DNA of 64,000 nt from Gammaproteobacteria bacterium (GTDB taxonomy: Bacteria; Pseudomonadota; Gammaproteobacteria; SZUA-140), in contig JAKISP010000001.1 of the NCBI GenBank assembly GCA_021648525.1, positions 2,061-66,060 of the forward strand, written 5' to 3'. How positions within the stretch are numbered: the stretch's first letter is position 1; every line of letters starts with the position of its first letter. The notes below the pieces were generated by a model, which had not been told where the DNA came from, searched no databases, and saw only the letters and a list, made by a program, of their open reading frames with translations. Positions 1-10,160 of this stretch are shown one piece after another. The position numbers and the translations under genes are program-made.

Positions 1-1870
1 GGTTAGCTACGACAACTTTAACATGGTTTTCCACGATGCAGACCACTGGAGTGTTGATATCGATGAGGATGGCAGCGACTGGTTTGATCTTCGCTTTGAT
101 ATCGAAATCAATGAGCAACCACTCGCACTATTGCCCCTTATTTCACAAGTACTCACTCATTACGACCCCCAAAACCTCCCAGAGATACTCACTTTAGATC
201 TCGGTAGTAGCCAATACCTGAATATCCCCAGCGAACAGTTAAAACCCGTGCTTAACACGCTATACGAACTCTACGATAGCGACAGCTTACAGGATAACGG
301 CGCACTACGCCTTTCTCGTTTTGATGCCGCTCGCCTGAGTGAGCTGGACTCTCAAAGCACAACCAACCTTCAGTGGCGTGGTGGTGAGTCACTGCGAAAA
401 CTCGGACAACAGCTCAAAGATTTCAACGGTATTACCACTGTCACGCCACCCAAAGGACTCAGGGTTACCCTTCGCGACTACCAGCAACAGGGGCTTAACT
501 GGCTACAATTTCTACGCGAATATGGCTTTGGCGGCATCCTTGCAGATGACATGGGGCTTGGCAAGACCGTTCAAACACTGGCCTATCTACTATTGGAAAA
601 GGAACAGGGCCGTTTAGACAAGCCCTGCCTGGTCGTCGCACCCACCAGCCTCATGAGTAACTGGCGACGTGAAACAGAACAGTTTGCACCCGCGCTAAAA
701 GTACTGGTATTACAGGGGCCAGAACGCCACCAACGGTTTAAACACATCACCGACTATGATCTCGTACTGAGCACTTATCCACTACTTGTCCGTGACCAGG
801 AAGTCCTGTTAACGCATCACTATCACGCATTGATTTTAGATGAAGCTCAGGTGATAAAAAACCCAAAGGCTAAAGCGGCACTGGTGATTCGAAAAATAAA
901 AACCGACCATCGTCTCTGCTTAACGGGCACCCCAATGGAAAATCACTTAGGCGAACTCTGGGCTCTATTTGATTTTCTAATGCCTGGATTTCTGGGTGAT
1001 GCGCGCCATTTTAATACGCTATTTCGTACCCCAATCGAAAAAAATGGTGATGATGAACGACGTCAACAACTGGTACAGAGGATCACTCCATTTATGCTTC
1101 GCCGTACCAAGTCCGAAGTCATCACAGAGCTACCGGATAAAACCGAAATCATTCGCACCGTGACGCTAGACAAAAAACAGGCCGCTTTATACGAAAGCAT
1201 TCGAATTTCCATGGAAAAAAAGGTACGCGAGGCGATCTCAAACAAGGGGCTGGCACGCAGTCACATCACCATTCTCGATGCCCTGCTCAAACTACGCCAG
1301 GTGTGTTGTGATCCACGATTATTATCCCTCACCCAGGCACGTGCAGTAAAAGAGTCAGCAAAACTAGAATTGCTGATGCAACTGGTGCCTGAAATGGTTG
1401 AAGAAGGCCGGCGTATTTTACTCTTTTCGCAATTCACTAAAATGTTAGGACACATCGAAACAGAATTAAACAACCATAACATCCGCTATAGCAAACTCAC
1501 CGGCCAAACCCGCAACCGAGATGCCGCCATCGAGAAATTCAAATCGGGCAAGGCAGAGGTCTTTCTGATCAGCCTCAAAGCCGGCGGCGTAGGGTTAAAC
1601 CTGACCGAGGCCGACACCGTGATTCACTATGACCCCTGGTGGAATCCCGCCGCTGAAAATCAGGCCACAGACCGCGCACACCGCATCGGCCAGAACAAAG
1701 CGGTATTTGTCTACAAACTCATCACGGAAAATAGCGTGGAAGAAAAGATCATCGCCATGCAGGCGAAAAAACAGGCCCTGGCGCAAGGCGTATACAGCAA
1801 AAAAGCACAGGCCAAAGAAGAAAAACTAACCGCGGATGACTTACAGCAACTGTTTGCACCACTATTATAA
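1..1870 (+). CDS. SNF2-family (DEAD/DEAH) helicase/ATPase, 5'-truncated by the window edge
   Basis: Motifs LADDMGLGKT, LDEAQ, LTGTPMEN, SLKAGGVGLNLT, QATDRAHRIGQ; frame open from position 2. Confidence 0.93.
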   Translation, partial: VSYDNFNMVFHDADHWSVDIDEDGSDWFDLRFDIEINEQPLALLPLISQVLTHYDPQNLPEILTLDLGSSQYLNIPSEQLKPVLNTLYELYDSDSLQDNGALRLSRFDAARLSELDSQSTTNLQWRGGESLRKLGQQLKDFNGITTVTPPKGLRVTLRDYQQQGLNWLQFLREYGFGGILADDMGLGKTVQTLAYLLLEKEQGRLDKPCLVVAPTSLMSNWRRETEQFAPALKVLVLQGPERHQRFKHITDYDLVLSTYPLLVRDQEVLLTHHYHALILDEAQVIKNPKAKAALVIRKIKTDHRLCLTGTPMENHLGELWALFDFLMPGFLGDARHFNTLFRTPIEKNGDDERRQQLVQRITPFMLRRTKSEVITELPDKTEIIRTVTLDKKQAALYESIRISMEKKVREAISNKGLARSHITILDALLKLRQVCCDPRLLSLTQARAVKESAKLELLMQLVPEMVEEGRRILLFSQFTKMLGHIETELNNHNIRYSKLTGQTRNRDAAIEKFKSGKAEVFLISLKAGGVGLNLTEADTVIHYDPWWNPAAENQATDRAHRIGQNKAVFVYKLITENSVEEKIIAMQAKKQALAQGVYSKKAQAKEEKLTADDLQQLFAPLL

Positions 1871-1913
1871 TAGAGCACAAACCATATCAACAGATCAGAA
1901 CCCCTGAGTAAAT

Positions 1914-1946
1914 GTAGCCTGGACTGAGCCTCCAACGAAATCCGGG
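1914..1946 (+). repeat. Degenerate GTAG-type REP-like hairpin
   Basis: GTAG tetranucleotide followed by stem CCTGGA...TCCGGG in an intergenic region; single copy in window. Confidence 0.4.
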
Positions 1947-2108
1947 AGGTCAATGCAACCACTCCCCGGCCAGTTAAAGAAACTCCTTGACAGCTTCTGG
2001 GCTCGATAAATTTTGTACATATCGCCCTGATCGGGCTATTTGTTCAATGCTCCCCAAATCACCCGTGTATACTTAATCTCACCCCTGGCGATTTGAGGTA
2101 GATAAAAA

Positions 2109-2468
2109 ATGCAACATCATGAAAAAATAAACTACGTCGAATTCCCCTCAAAAGACATCAACGCCACCCAGTCATTTTTTAGCAAAGCATTCGGCTGGCA
2201 GTTTGTTGATTACGGTGATGAATACACGGCCTTCAACAATGAAGGGCTCAACGGCGGGTTTTACAAAACAGACTCAACCATGACCGTCGAAAATGGCAGT
2301 GCGCTCATCGTCTTTTACAGCCGAGATTTAGAACAGACGCTGGAGAGGATTGAACCTGCTGGAGGCACCATCAAAAGAGCCATTTTCCCTTTTCCGGGGG
2401 GGCGCCGCTTTCACTTCTGCGATCCCAATGGTAATGAGTACGCGGTGTGGTCTGATAAATATCTGTGA
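2109..2468 (+). CDS. VOC/glyoxalase-bleomycin resistance family protein
   Basis: KINYVEFP...FFSKAFGW...PGGRRFHFCDPNGNEYAVWS; GAGG RBS upstream. Confidence 0.9.
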   Translation: MQHHEKINYVEFPSKDINATQSFFSKAFGWQFVDYGDEYTAFNNEGLNGGFYKTDSTMTVENGSALIVFYSRDLEQTLERIEPAGGTIKRAIFPFPGGRRFHFCDPNGNEYAVWSDKYL

Positions 2469-2505
2469 TGCAGCAGGGTCTGTTGACGTTTCATTAGACC
2501 CGGTT

Positions 2506-4299
2506 CTATCGACCTCGAATCAGTGCTTTATAAGCATCATTTTGACGAAGCTCAGCAAAGACCGGGCCTTTGATGTCATCCCAGTTGGCAATATCACCAC
2601 CCACGCCTCCCTGCTCAACAAATTGCTTAAGGTAGTCGGTTGCCATTATTATATCGCCCTGCTCACCTGTGCTCTCCAACCGTGTAGTGTATGCAATTGC
2701 AAGCTCATACAAAACGATTTTCAATAAGCCCATATTACGCCCTTTCATTTCATTGACTATCCGTAGGACATCACTCAACGCAGCAATCACAGCATCAGGC
2801 CTTTCTACGATTTTTAACGCACGAGCATAAATCAATATAAGCTGTGCATTCATTCTCCTAAGGCTATCAAAGTGCTCACTACGAATGGTCGTTACAACCT
2901 TTGTACGCTCGATAAAGCCAGGAAATAAAGCCACCAGATCGGCAGCCATCTCCGGTCTCTCTTTAACGATAGTCGTAAAATAATCAAACGCCTGACGATA
3001 ATTCATTGACCGCCTACCCAGCGGGAATTTAGCCAGTGTGTCACTGTGAAATCCCCAGAGGTCAGTTTTATCAACGGGATCATCCAGATAACCACGCGCC
3101 GTCGCGCGTGCTGGAAGCACGCCAGTGAGACGCTCAATACCGCTATTCACTAACTGATCAAGCTGTTCAGAAGTAAACGTTGACTTCATCAATGCGCGAT
3201 AGATATTAAGCGCATCATCATTTCGTTCTAACACTTCCATAAGACGCGCTCTGAGGTATTTTATTTGAGAACCTTTGCGCGAACGCTCAAGGCGATAATC
3301 CAGATCAAATAGCAGCCAGTCAATCACTTCCAGGTGATCCTTAGCGGGTAGCATCTCTATCGATGCTTCAACATTCTCTCCACCACTGTCATTACTACCA
3401 TAAGCACTTAAAGCACCTCGCCGACTATATTTACCAGGTTTCGGCTCACCGCTTTTCATCATGGAGGAAAAGGCATTCAACATAGCAGATAATATTGCCA
3501 GTCTGGGCTCGCCCTTATAATGACCAGATTCATATCCTGCCTGAGTCAGGTAATCAAGCTGCAGTTGGCGAACATACTTTCTCTCCATTCCACCCTGTAA
3601 CGCAAGTGAAAACATCAACCCCGCGGATTTAACATCCACAGCAGTAATCTCACGCGTATTCTTACGTAACAACCAGTGCGCACCCATGGCATTGGCATAA
3701 ATATTATTGGGATCGGCCCTTAGCGCTTGTTCAAACAGTGAATCAACATCGGCACTAGCGGCTAGCGAATACCTTGCCCGTATCACCTGAACCCAGGCGA
3801 TATGTGCCAGTATAGTAGAGAGTTCCTGTTTATCCGCTTCATTCACACTACGGTATAAAACAACCGTAATACGATTTAGAATCTTATCTGCGCGATCATT
3901 GCTAACCTTAAAGTCACGCAACCAGCGTTTGGCCAGTTGATATTGTCCTTTTCGGATTTCAGACAAACCAGGCGATAAAATTAGCGCCTCTTCGTAAACC
4001 TGCCATGCCTGTGAATATGCCTCAGACATCTTCAGCCACTCAGCAGCGTTGATTAGTTCTGAAATGGCGACACGCTTCTCTTCCCAGGCGATGTAATGAC
4101 GCGACAGTGTTATCGTACCGACACAAAGTGAGATCACAGTAACAATGCCACCGAGCCATTTCAGCATGCTCGATATTTTGCTCCAGCGAGTCTTTTTTTG
4201 TGCCGATCTACAGTAGCGACATACACTAGCACCAATGTGTATAGGCTCTTTGCAGCCTACGCACTCGCGCATATTATCTGGCAATGTTTCGCTTAACAT
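2506..4299 (-). CDS. Hypothetical membrane-anchored protein: N-terminal zinc ribbon, one TM helix, TPR-like helical region
   Basis: CVGC-x10-CRYC, hydrophobic segment WLGGIVTVISLCVGTITL, TPR-like segments (AWQVYEEALILSP, LFEQALRADPNN). Confidence 0.7.
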   Translation of the reverse strand: MLSETLPDNMRECVGCKEPIHIGASVCRYCRSAQKKTRWSKISSMLKWLGGIVTVISLCVGTITLSRHYIAWEEKRVAISELINAAEWLKMSEAYSQAWQVYEEALILSPGLSEIRKGQYQLAKRWLRDFKVSNDRADKILNRITVVLYRSVNEADKQELSTILAHIAWVQVIRARYSLAASADVDSLFEQALRADPNNIYANAMGAHWLLRKNTREITAVDVKSAGLMFSLALQGGMERKYVRQLQLDYLTQAGYESGHYKGEPRLAILSAMLNAFSSMMKSGEPKPGKYSRRGALSAYGSNDSGGENVEASIEMLPAKDHLEVIDWLLFDLDYRLERSRKGSQIKYLRARLMEVLERNDDALNIYRALMKSTFTSEQLDQLVNSGIERLTGVLPARATARGYLDDPVDKTDLWGFHSDTLAKFPLGRRSMNYRQAFDYFTTIVKERPEMAADLVALFPGFIERTKVVTTIRSEHFDSLRRMNAQLILIYARALKIVERPDAVIAALSDVLRIVNEMKGRNMGLLKIVLYELAIAYTTRLESTGEQGDIIMATDYLKQFVEQGGVGGDIANWDDIKGPVFAELRQNDAYKALIRGR

Positions 4300-4445
4300 G
4301 ACACTGACTAATTAACCCCGCTTATTTTCGACTTGCCATTAAAGATTGTTCAGCTGGCTGCTATGGCTTCATCATAAAGAGTAGAAATATATTTATCCAC
4401 TCACGGCTGTCCCATTAACTTATCGTCTCGTAATAGACCCCCTCT

Positions 4446-5519
4446 TTACAACTGCTCCACCCGGTATCCCTTCAATTGTAACAGCGTGATAATCCCCTGT
4501 TCTCCACCAGGGTGTCCTGCACCGACAACCACAAAACAGATACAACCACCCCGTAACATCTCATCAATGCCATCTGCCATGGCGCTATTTCTGTCGGTGA
4601 TCATAATACGGTTAAGTTCACTGATTTCAGCACTCTCCATTACGTCACCCACCACTAGTTGATCCAGAGCCAGAACATCGCCAGCCTGCCATGCATCCAG
4701 CATGGTATCAAAATACGCTGCGGCAGTTTTCACATCCTGGAGTGTCTGTTTTAACATCGCAATCTGGACTTTCTGAGACAAACCACTCAGCAATGCCAAT
4801 TGTTTCTGCACCGACTCTAGTTCGCGAATCGGCTTGTTTGTTTTCTTCGCCATCTCCATAAAGTGCCGATCAATCCCCAGTGATTCATCAAGACCAATTC
4901 CCTTTAGTGCTATCGTGGTTAATGTCATCGAGGCAAACCATGGTCTCATCCCCGCCAATATCGAAACGGGGATACCCAGAGCAGCAGAGGTGACACCCAA
5001 CTCGTCCCACATATCCGCATTCAGGATGGTCTTCAAGGTTGTGCCGTCACTATACATGCCACTATTCATCATCATGTGCGCCATCGTCGTCGTATCAGCA
5101 TCCAGCACGTTTGCCTCAACTACCAATGCATCCGAAGCTTTAAAGGCATTGAGTAGTACGACTGGTAGCGGATACATCGACGCCTTGCCGAAATGAATCG
5201 ACCCCATCAGATAACCCTGCTGCTTCCCTTTGGTTAATCGCCATGCAAAATTATGGCTACCCACTGTTTTTTTAGCGGGTGTTTCTTTCGCTAATGATTT
5301 CCTGCTTTTCTCAGGCAAGATTACAACAGAGGAAGGGGCTTCTATTCCAGCGCTGGCAGATGGGGAACTAAGCTTTTCTTCATGATCAGCCGTATGACAA
5401 GGGCTATCCTGAAAGGCAACACGCCCCATCGCATCTCGACATTTGAAAATTTCACCTGCAAAGAGAGGTGCCACTGAAAAATTGAGTGACAACAATAGCA
5501 AAGCCATCAGGCGACTCAT
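4446..5519 (-). CDS. TraB/GumN family protein with signal peptide and N-terminal DUF4124-like domain
   Basis: IFKCRDAMGRVAFQDSPC; YLMGSIH, GIDRHF, ELESVQKQ, RNSAM, FVVVGAGH. Confidence 0.85.
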   Translation of the reverse strand: MSRLMALLLLSLNFSVAPLFAGEIFKCRDAMGRVAFQDSPCHTADHEEKLSSPSASAGIEAPSSVVILPEKSRKSLAKETPAKKTVGSHNFAWRLTKGKQQGYLMGSIHFGKASMYPLPVVLLNAFKASDALVVEANVLDADTTTMAHMMMNSGMYSDGTTLKTILNADMWDELGVTSAALGIPVSILAGMRPWFASMTLTTIALKGIGLDESLGIDRHFMEMAKKTNKPIRELESVQKQLALLSGLSQKVQIAMLKQTLQDVKTAAAYFDTMLDAWQAGDVLALDQLVVGDVMESAEISELNRIMITDRNSAMADGIDEMLRGGCICFVVVGAGHPGGEQGIITLLQLKGYRVEQL

Positions 5520-5588
5520 CGAAACACCTCAACAAAAATCAGATTGAATGCCATGCCGATTATTTTTTTCAAGCAAAAAAGTAAAAAT

Positions 5589-5939
5589 CTATCTGGAAAA
5601 ACAATTCAAATCAAGCACCTCGACCTTACCCATCCACATCGCATAATCCCGATGGTCTCGCAGCTCATCACCACTCAGCGGATGAACCAATATTGTCAGT
5701 CCGTCACGGTGTAGTGCCAGCCATGGCACCAGCGCTGAGAAAATTTCAGGTGAAAAGACTAACTGACAACTCCAGCATGGATGAGGACCCACGGATTTCT
5801 GATGCACACGCCCCATCTCAATATCAAAAAGAGCGGCAGCGCTTTCGCACAAGGCCTGCGCCTGCGCTAGTGTCTCCGCAGAAAAATAGACATGCGCGTG
5901 ATAACCGCTAATATCGCCAACAGATGGTACGCTACTCAT
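5589..5939 (-). CDS. DOPA 4,5-dioxygenase family protein
   Basis: YHAHVYF, VGPHP, WLALHRDGLTILVHP...DH...WMG. Confidence 0.9.
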   Translation of the reverse strand: MSSVPSVGDISGYHAHVYFSAETLAQAQALCESAAALFDIEMGRVHQKSVGPHPCWSCQLVFSPEIFSALVPWLALHRDGLTILVHPLSGDELRDHRDYAMWMGKVEVLDLNCFSR

Positions 5940-5945
5940 AAATAG

Positions 5946-6752
5946 TTACTCACTCAGAATTTTTTTAATCAACGATCTCACTTCACCCGGCTCAAATGGC
6001 TTATCACATAATGCCGATATACCCGCCTGTTTAACCCCAGCAAGCTGACTGCTGTTGGCCTCACTGGTCACCATTAAAATCGGAATCGATTTCTGCACAC
6101 CCTTTTCTCGCACATGCTTAGTCAACTCCTGCCCATCCATCTCCGGCATATTGTAGTCAGTGACAATCAGATCAAACAGACGCCCATCCATGCATTTAAG
6201 CGCCTCTTTACCATTCACCGCCTGCACAATATTAATAATACCAAGGTTATTTAATACGCGGCAGATATGCTTACGCGCCGTAACGCTATCATCCACCACC
6301 AATACGAGTAGCTCATCAAGTTCAATCTCTTCCAGCTCCAGATTCTCCGGCTCGATAAATTCCAGCGTTGAGTAGAGCGCCTTTTTCAGATCTTCTGGAT
6401 CAAACGGCTTAGAAAGAATGGCCACCACCCCCGCCTGCCTTGCAGGTTCCAGGTAGTAGTCTGAATGTTCACTAGAGACAACCATGAACGGGATATGCTC
6501 AAGCGCATCATCCGCGCGCATTTTTTGTACCAGTTCGGTACCACTCATATCGGGTAGATGCATCGCACTGACTACCAGATCGGGTTGATACTGCTGCATA
6601 TCTTTTAATGCAGACTCACCATCGCTAAACCAGTCGACCTTGCTCAACCCTAGTTTATTGAGGTGACCCTCAATCACTTTTCGCTGAGTGGATGAAGGCT
6701 CGATAAAGGTCACGGCAAGATCCGCAATATTCATGGTTCTTTCGCTCATCAT
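5946..6752 (-). CDS. Response regulator with two tandem receiver domains and no output domain
   Basis: REC1 degenerate (IEPS, VVSAMHLPDMSG lacking the phospho-Asp); REC2 canonical (VVDDS, VTDYNMPEMDG, KPF). Confidence 0.88.
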   Translation of the reverse strand: MMSERTMNIADLAVTFIEPSSTQRKVIEGHLNKLGLSKVDWFSDGESALKDMQQYQPDLVVSAMHLPDMSGTELVQKMRADDALEHIPFMVVSSEHSDYYLEPARQAGVVAILSKPFDPEDLKKALYSTLEFIEPENLELEEIELDELLVLVVDDSVTARKHICRVLNNLGIINIVQAVNGKEALKCMDGRLFDLIVTDYNMPEMDGQELTKHVREKGVQKSIPILMVTSEANSSQLAGVKQAGISALCDKPFEPGEVRSLIKKILSE

Positions 6753-6817
6753 AACTCCCTGATTAAAACCAGATCTAAATCGGAGGGCATTCCTGTTAAC
6801 ACCCGCTGGATTTGTAC

Positions 6818-6844
6818 CTATCGGCCTTTAAAACAATCCTTTTA
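6818..6844 (-). promoter_or_regulatory. Sigma28 (FliA) promoter for the dual-REC gene
   Basis: Minus strand TAAA-N15-GCCGATAG, matching the sigma28 consensus and spacing. Confidence 0.75.
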
Positions 6845-6852
6845 GGTCCGTG

Positions 6853-8214
6853 TTAAGGCCAGATACCACGCGCCAATGTCACTTTCACCAGGTGTTCAAT
6901 CGATACCACCAGTGCCGCAGTGCGTAGATCAACGGGATCACAGTGGCAAGGTTCTCCATTGGCATCCACGGTCGGTTCATGTTGAGTCTCTGCCGACAAG
7001 CGACTCCAGCGATCCACTACCCGGTCAACCGCCTTGTGTATCTTGTGCTTTAGCTTGCGATTAACCACCCCCAGTTCCCACTGCTCATTCTCGAAATTTT
7101 GCACCCACTCGTAATAACTAACCACCACACCACCCGCATTCACCAGGATATCGGGTAGCAGACAGACACCATTGCTAAACAAGATGGCATCGGCACCTGG
7201 TGTGGTGGGGCCATTGGCCGCTTCAACCACCAGCTTTGCTTTAATACGTGCCGCATTACCTTTGTGGATCTGATTACTCTGTGCGGCAGGGATGAGTACA
7301 TCGCAATCCAGTTCTAGCAGGTCTTCGTTCGTTACCGACATGGTATCCGGCACACCCACCACGGTGCGGTGTATCTGTTTATATTCAATCACCGCCTCAA
7401 CATCCAGGCCGTGCTCATCGTAAATTCCACCCTGACTATCACTCACGCCGACGATAATCGCCCCCGCCTCGCTAAATAGCTGCGCCGCAATCGCCCCTAC
7501 ATTACCAAATCCCTGCACCACCACCCGCGCACCGGCAAGACTTTGAAAACTGCATAATGTGGTTTGATCAAGAAAACGCTGCGTTGCATAGAGTGCACCA
7601 CGTGCGGTCGCCTCGCGTCGTCCCAGTGAACCACCCAGCTCAACCGGTTTACCCGTCACCACCGGGCGATTATTACGCCTTGGGTGCATCACATCATAGG
7701 TATCATAAATCCACGCCATGGTCTGCGCATTGGTGTACATATCTGGCGCTGGAATATCGGAATGCGGGCCAATGTTATCCCCTAGTTCTGTGATATATCG
7801 ACGAGTAATGCGGCGCAACTCATCCTCGCTCAATGATTTTACATCACACACCACTCCACCCTTGGCACCCCCAAATGGAATATCCACCAGTGCACATTTC
7901 CAGGTCATTTCGGCGGCAAGAAATTTCACCTCCTCCACGGTCAGGTCAGCATGGTAACGAATACCGCCTTTACCCGGCCCTAACACGCGATTATGCACCA
8001 CTCGGAAACCTTCGAAGACCTGTACCGAGCCATCATCCATTTCGACTGGAAAACTGACACTAATGGTACGCTTAGGTGCATGCAGGAAACCAAACAGGCC
8101 ACGATGAAAGCCATCCAGCAGGCGGGTGGCGCACTGCAACCGCTGCATACTGGTTCTCGATAGATCCAGATCTTCCGGGTCTATTTGATTCATCGGAGTA
8201 TCAATACTTGTCAT
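6853..8214 (-). CDS. gdhA: Glu/Leu/Phe/Val dehydrogenase (glutamate dehydrogenase type)
   Basis: GPGKGGIRYH, FGGAKGG, DIPAPD, VTGKP, VQGFGNVG, EAANGP, NAGGVVVSYYEWVQN. Confidence 0.85.
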   Translation of the reverse strand: MTSIDTPMNQIDPEDLDLSRTSMQRLQCATRLLDGFHRGLFGFLHAPKRTISVSFPVEMDDGSVQVFEGFRVVHNRVLGPGKGGIRYHADLTVEEVKFLAAEMTWKCALVDIPFGGAKGGVVCDVKSLSEDELRRITRRYITELGDNIGPHSDIPAPDMYTNAQTMAWIYDTYDVMHPRRNNRPVVTGKPVELGGSLGRREATARGALYATQRFLDQTTLCSFQSLAGARVVVQGFGNVGAIAAQLFSEAGAIIVGVSDSQGGIYDEHGLDVEAVIEYKQIHRTVVGVPDTMSVTNEDLLELDCDVLIPAAQSNQIHKGNAARIKAKLVVEAANGPTTPGADAILFSNGVCLLPDILVNAGGVVVSYYEWVQNFENEQWELGVVNRKLKHKIHKAVDRVVDRWSRLSAETQHEPTVDANGEPCHCDPVDLRTAALVVSIEHLVKVTLARGIWP

Positions 8215-8311
8215 TCACCAACCTCTGTGCAAAATTTCAAACGTACGGGTAGTAGCGCCATTGTTAAGCCGATAGTATAGTCACAGATATTTGCAACTAT
8301 AAGGAAGAATC

Positions 8312-9148
8312 ATGCAGCCATCCCCACAGTACAACAAGGGTAGTATTTTCGCCACACTCAGCTTCACATTGCTGGCAGCATTTTCGGTATCAGCAATAGC
8401 AAATGATTCCACTGATGCCAAATTACAACAGGCAATTGCTGGTGACCACCGTAGCGCAAAGAACAGCGCACGAGACCAGTACCGAAAACCATTAGAAACA
8501 CTGAGCTGGTTAGGCATAAAAGATGATATGACCGTGGTCGAGATCACCCCCGGTGGCGGCTGGTACAGTGAAATACTCGCCCCCTACCTGAAAGAAAATG
8601 GCACCTTCTATGCGGCCGGTTTTGATGGCGAATCCAAAACCAGATATTTTCGTAAATCAGCCCGGGCCTTCAAAAAGAAACTAGCTGCCAACCCAACTGT
8701 TTATGGCAACGTAAAAGTCACCGAGATAGCACCACCCAGCAAGACTAACATTGCACCCGCCGGTTCTGCGGACATGGTACTAACCTTCCGCAATGTTCAT
8801 AACTGGATGAGCGCTGGCAATTCCGATGCCATACTAGCGACAATGTACACCGCACTGAAACCAGGCGGCATACTGGGCGTAGTAGAACACCGCGGCAACC
8901 CTGAGGTAAAACAGAACCTCAAGGCAAAGTCAGGCTATGTAAATGAGGCCTACACGATTGCGATGGTAGAAAAGGCAGGCTTCAAGCTGGTCGAAAAATC
9001 AGAACTGCTTGCCAATTCAAAAGATAGTCGTAACCATCCTAAAGGGGTCTGGACACTGCTGCCAAACCTTAAACTGGGTAATAAAGACAAAGAGAAATAC
9101 CTCGCGATTGGCGAAAGCGACCGCATGCTGCTTAAGTTTGTTAAATAA
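8312..9148 (+). CDS. Exported class I SAM-dependent methyltransferase-like protein
   Basis: Signal peptide; RDQYRKPLETL, VVEITPGGGWY, DMVLTFRNVHNW, LKPGG, IGESDRM. Confidence 0.85.
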   Translation: MQPSPQYNKGSIFATLSFTLLAAFSVSAIANDSTDAKLQQAIAGDHRSAKNSARDQYRKPLETLSWLGIKDDMTVVEITPGGGWYSEILAPYLKENGTFYAAGFDGESKTRYFRKSARAFKKKLAANPTVYGNVKVTEIAPPSKTNIAPAGSADMVLTFRNVHNWMSAGNSDAILATMYTALKPGGILGVVEHRGNPEVKQNLKAKSGYVNEAYTIAMVEKAGFKLVEKSELLANSKDSRNHPKGVWTLLPNLKLGNKDKEKYLAIGESDRMLLKFVK

Positions 9149-9168
9149 GACAGGGGCTGAAAAATATT

Positions 9169-9474
9169 ATGTATATAGCGATGAATCGATTCAGGATCGC
9201 ACTGGGCAGTGAACAGGCGTTCATCGATATCTGGAAAAATCGCGATACCTTTTTAAGTGAGGTACCCGGTTTTAAGGACTTTAATCTGCTGCAAGGGCCA
9301 ACCAACGAAGAGCACACGCTATTTGCATCTCACTCTGTCTGGGAATCAAAAGACGACTTCGAAAACTGGACCCAATCGGAGGCGTTCAGAAAGGCACACG
9401 CCAATGCAGGTGGAGCGAAAAAAAATATCTACTTAGGCCCGCCACAATTTGAAGGGTTTGAATCAGTCGTTTAA
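9169..9474 (+). CDS. Antibiotic biosynthesis monooxygenase family (IsdG/HmoA-like, possible heme oxygenase)
   Basis: MYIAMNRF...WES...FENWTQSEAFRKAH...GPPQFEGF. Confidence 0.85.
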   Translation: MYIAMNRFRIALGSEQAFIDIWKNRDTFLSEVPGFKDFNLLQGPTNEEHTLFASHSVWESKDDFENWTQSEAFRKAHANAGGAKKNIYLGPPQFEGFESVV

Positions 9475-9490
9475 TTGAAAACAAAGGGAA

Positions 9491-9522
9491 ATGGGCCTAA
9501 GCTGAATTTAGCTTAGGCCCAT
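9491..9522. terminator. Perfect 13-bp inverted repeat between convergent genes
   Basis: ATGGGCCTAAGCT-gaattt-AGCTTAGGCCCAT, overlapping the CBS gene stop. Confidence 0.6.
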
Positions 9523-10160
9523 AGCTCCAGTACAAAGTGTCGCATCACAGAACCCAACAGGTCACTGCGAGTAATCATTCCCACCAGCTGGCCTCCATCG
9601 ACAATCGGCACCGCACCAATGTGGCGTTCGACAAAGAGTCGTGCAATATAGCGCACATCAGTCTCAATACCGGCCGTTAATACCGGCGACTGCATCAACG
9701 TCCTCACTTGAGTTGCCCCTCCCCGCGCCGGCGGCTGCAACCTGTCAATACCCGCGAGGTATCGCAACAGATCACGATCTGAGACCATACCGACCAGGTC
9801 GCCCGTCTCATCCACCACTAGCAAGTGACGAAAATTTCGCTCACTAAAAAGCTGCATCGCCTCATCCACCATGGTCGCTGGTGTCAGCGTCATCACCGGC
9901 GAAGTCATGATTTGTCTTGCCATTAATTTATCGACCGGCAGCTGTTCGGTCGCCTGATAAGCGGCACGCGCCACACCGCTCATCAAATGCTCGGCAACCA
10001 GCACATCGTCTTCGAATTTATGCTGCGGGTGATGTTCTTCATTGATCGCGCGCTTCGGGGCAATCGCTGCCGTCTCCTCCACTTCTCGGTAAGGAAAGAG
10101 TTTTGTTAATGGCACCGGATTGTTGATACCTGGGCCAATCAAAATAAATGCCATAGCCAC
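9513..10160 (-). CDS. CBS-pair domain protein
   Basis: IMTSPV, FRHLLVV...LVGMVSDRDL, IGAVPIV...LVGMITRSDL. Confidence 0.88.
   Translation of the reverse strand: MAMAFILIGPGINNPVPLTKLFPYREVEETAAIAPKRAINEEHHPQHKFEDDVLVAEHLMSGVARAAYQATEQLPVDKLMARQIMTSPVMTLTPATMVDEAMQLFSERNFRHLLVVDETGDLVGMVSDRDLLRYLAGIDRLQPPARGGATQVRTLMQSPVLTAGIETDVRYIARLFVERHIGAVPIVDGGQLVGMITRSDLLGSVMRHFVLELWA

Noticed and set aside
1..1870. SNF2 helicase as part of an anti-phage system (DISARM, Zorya etc.)
   Set aside because: No methylase, nuclease or other defence genes downstream; it resembles the common stand-alone SWIM-SNF2 type, and the upstream context is outside the window
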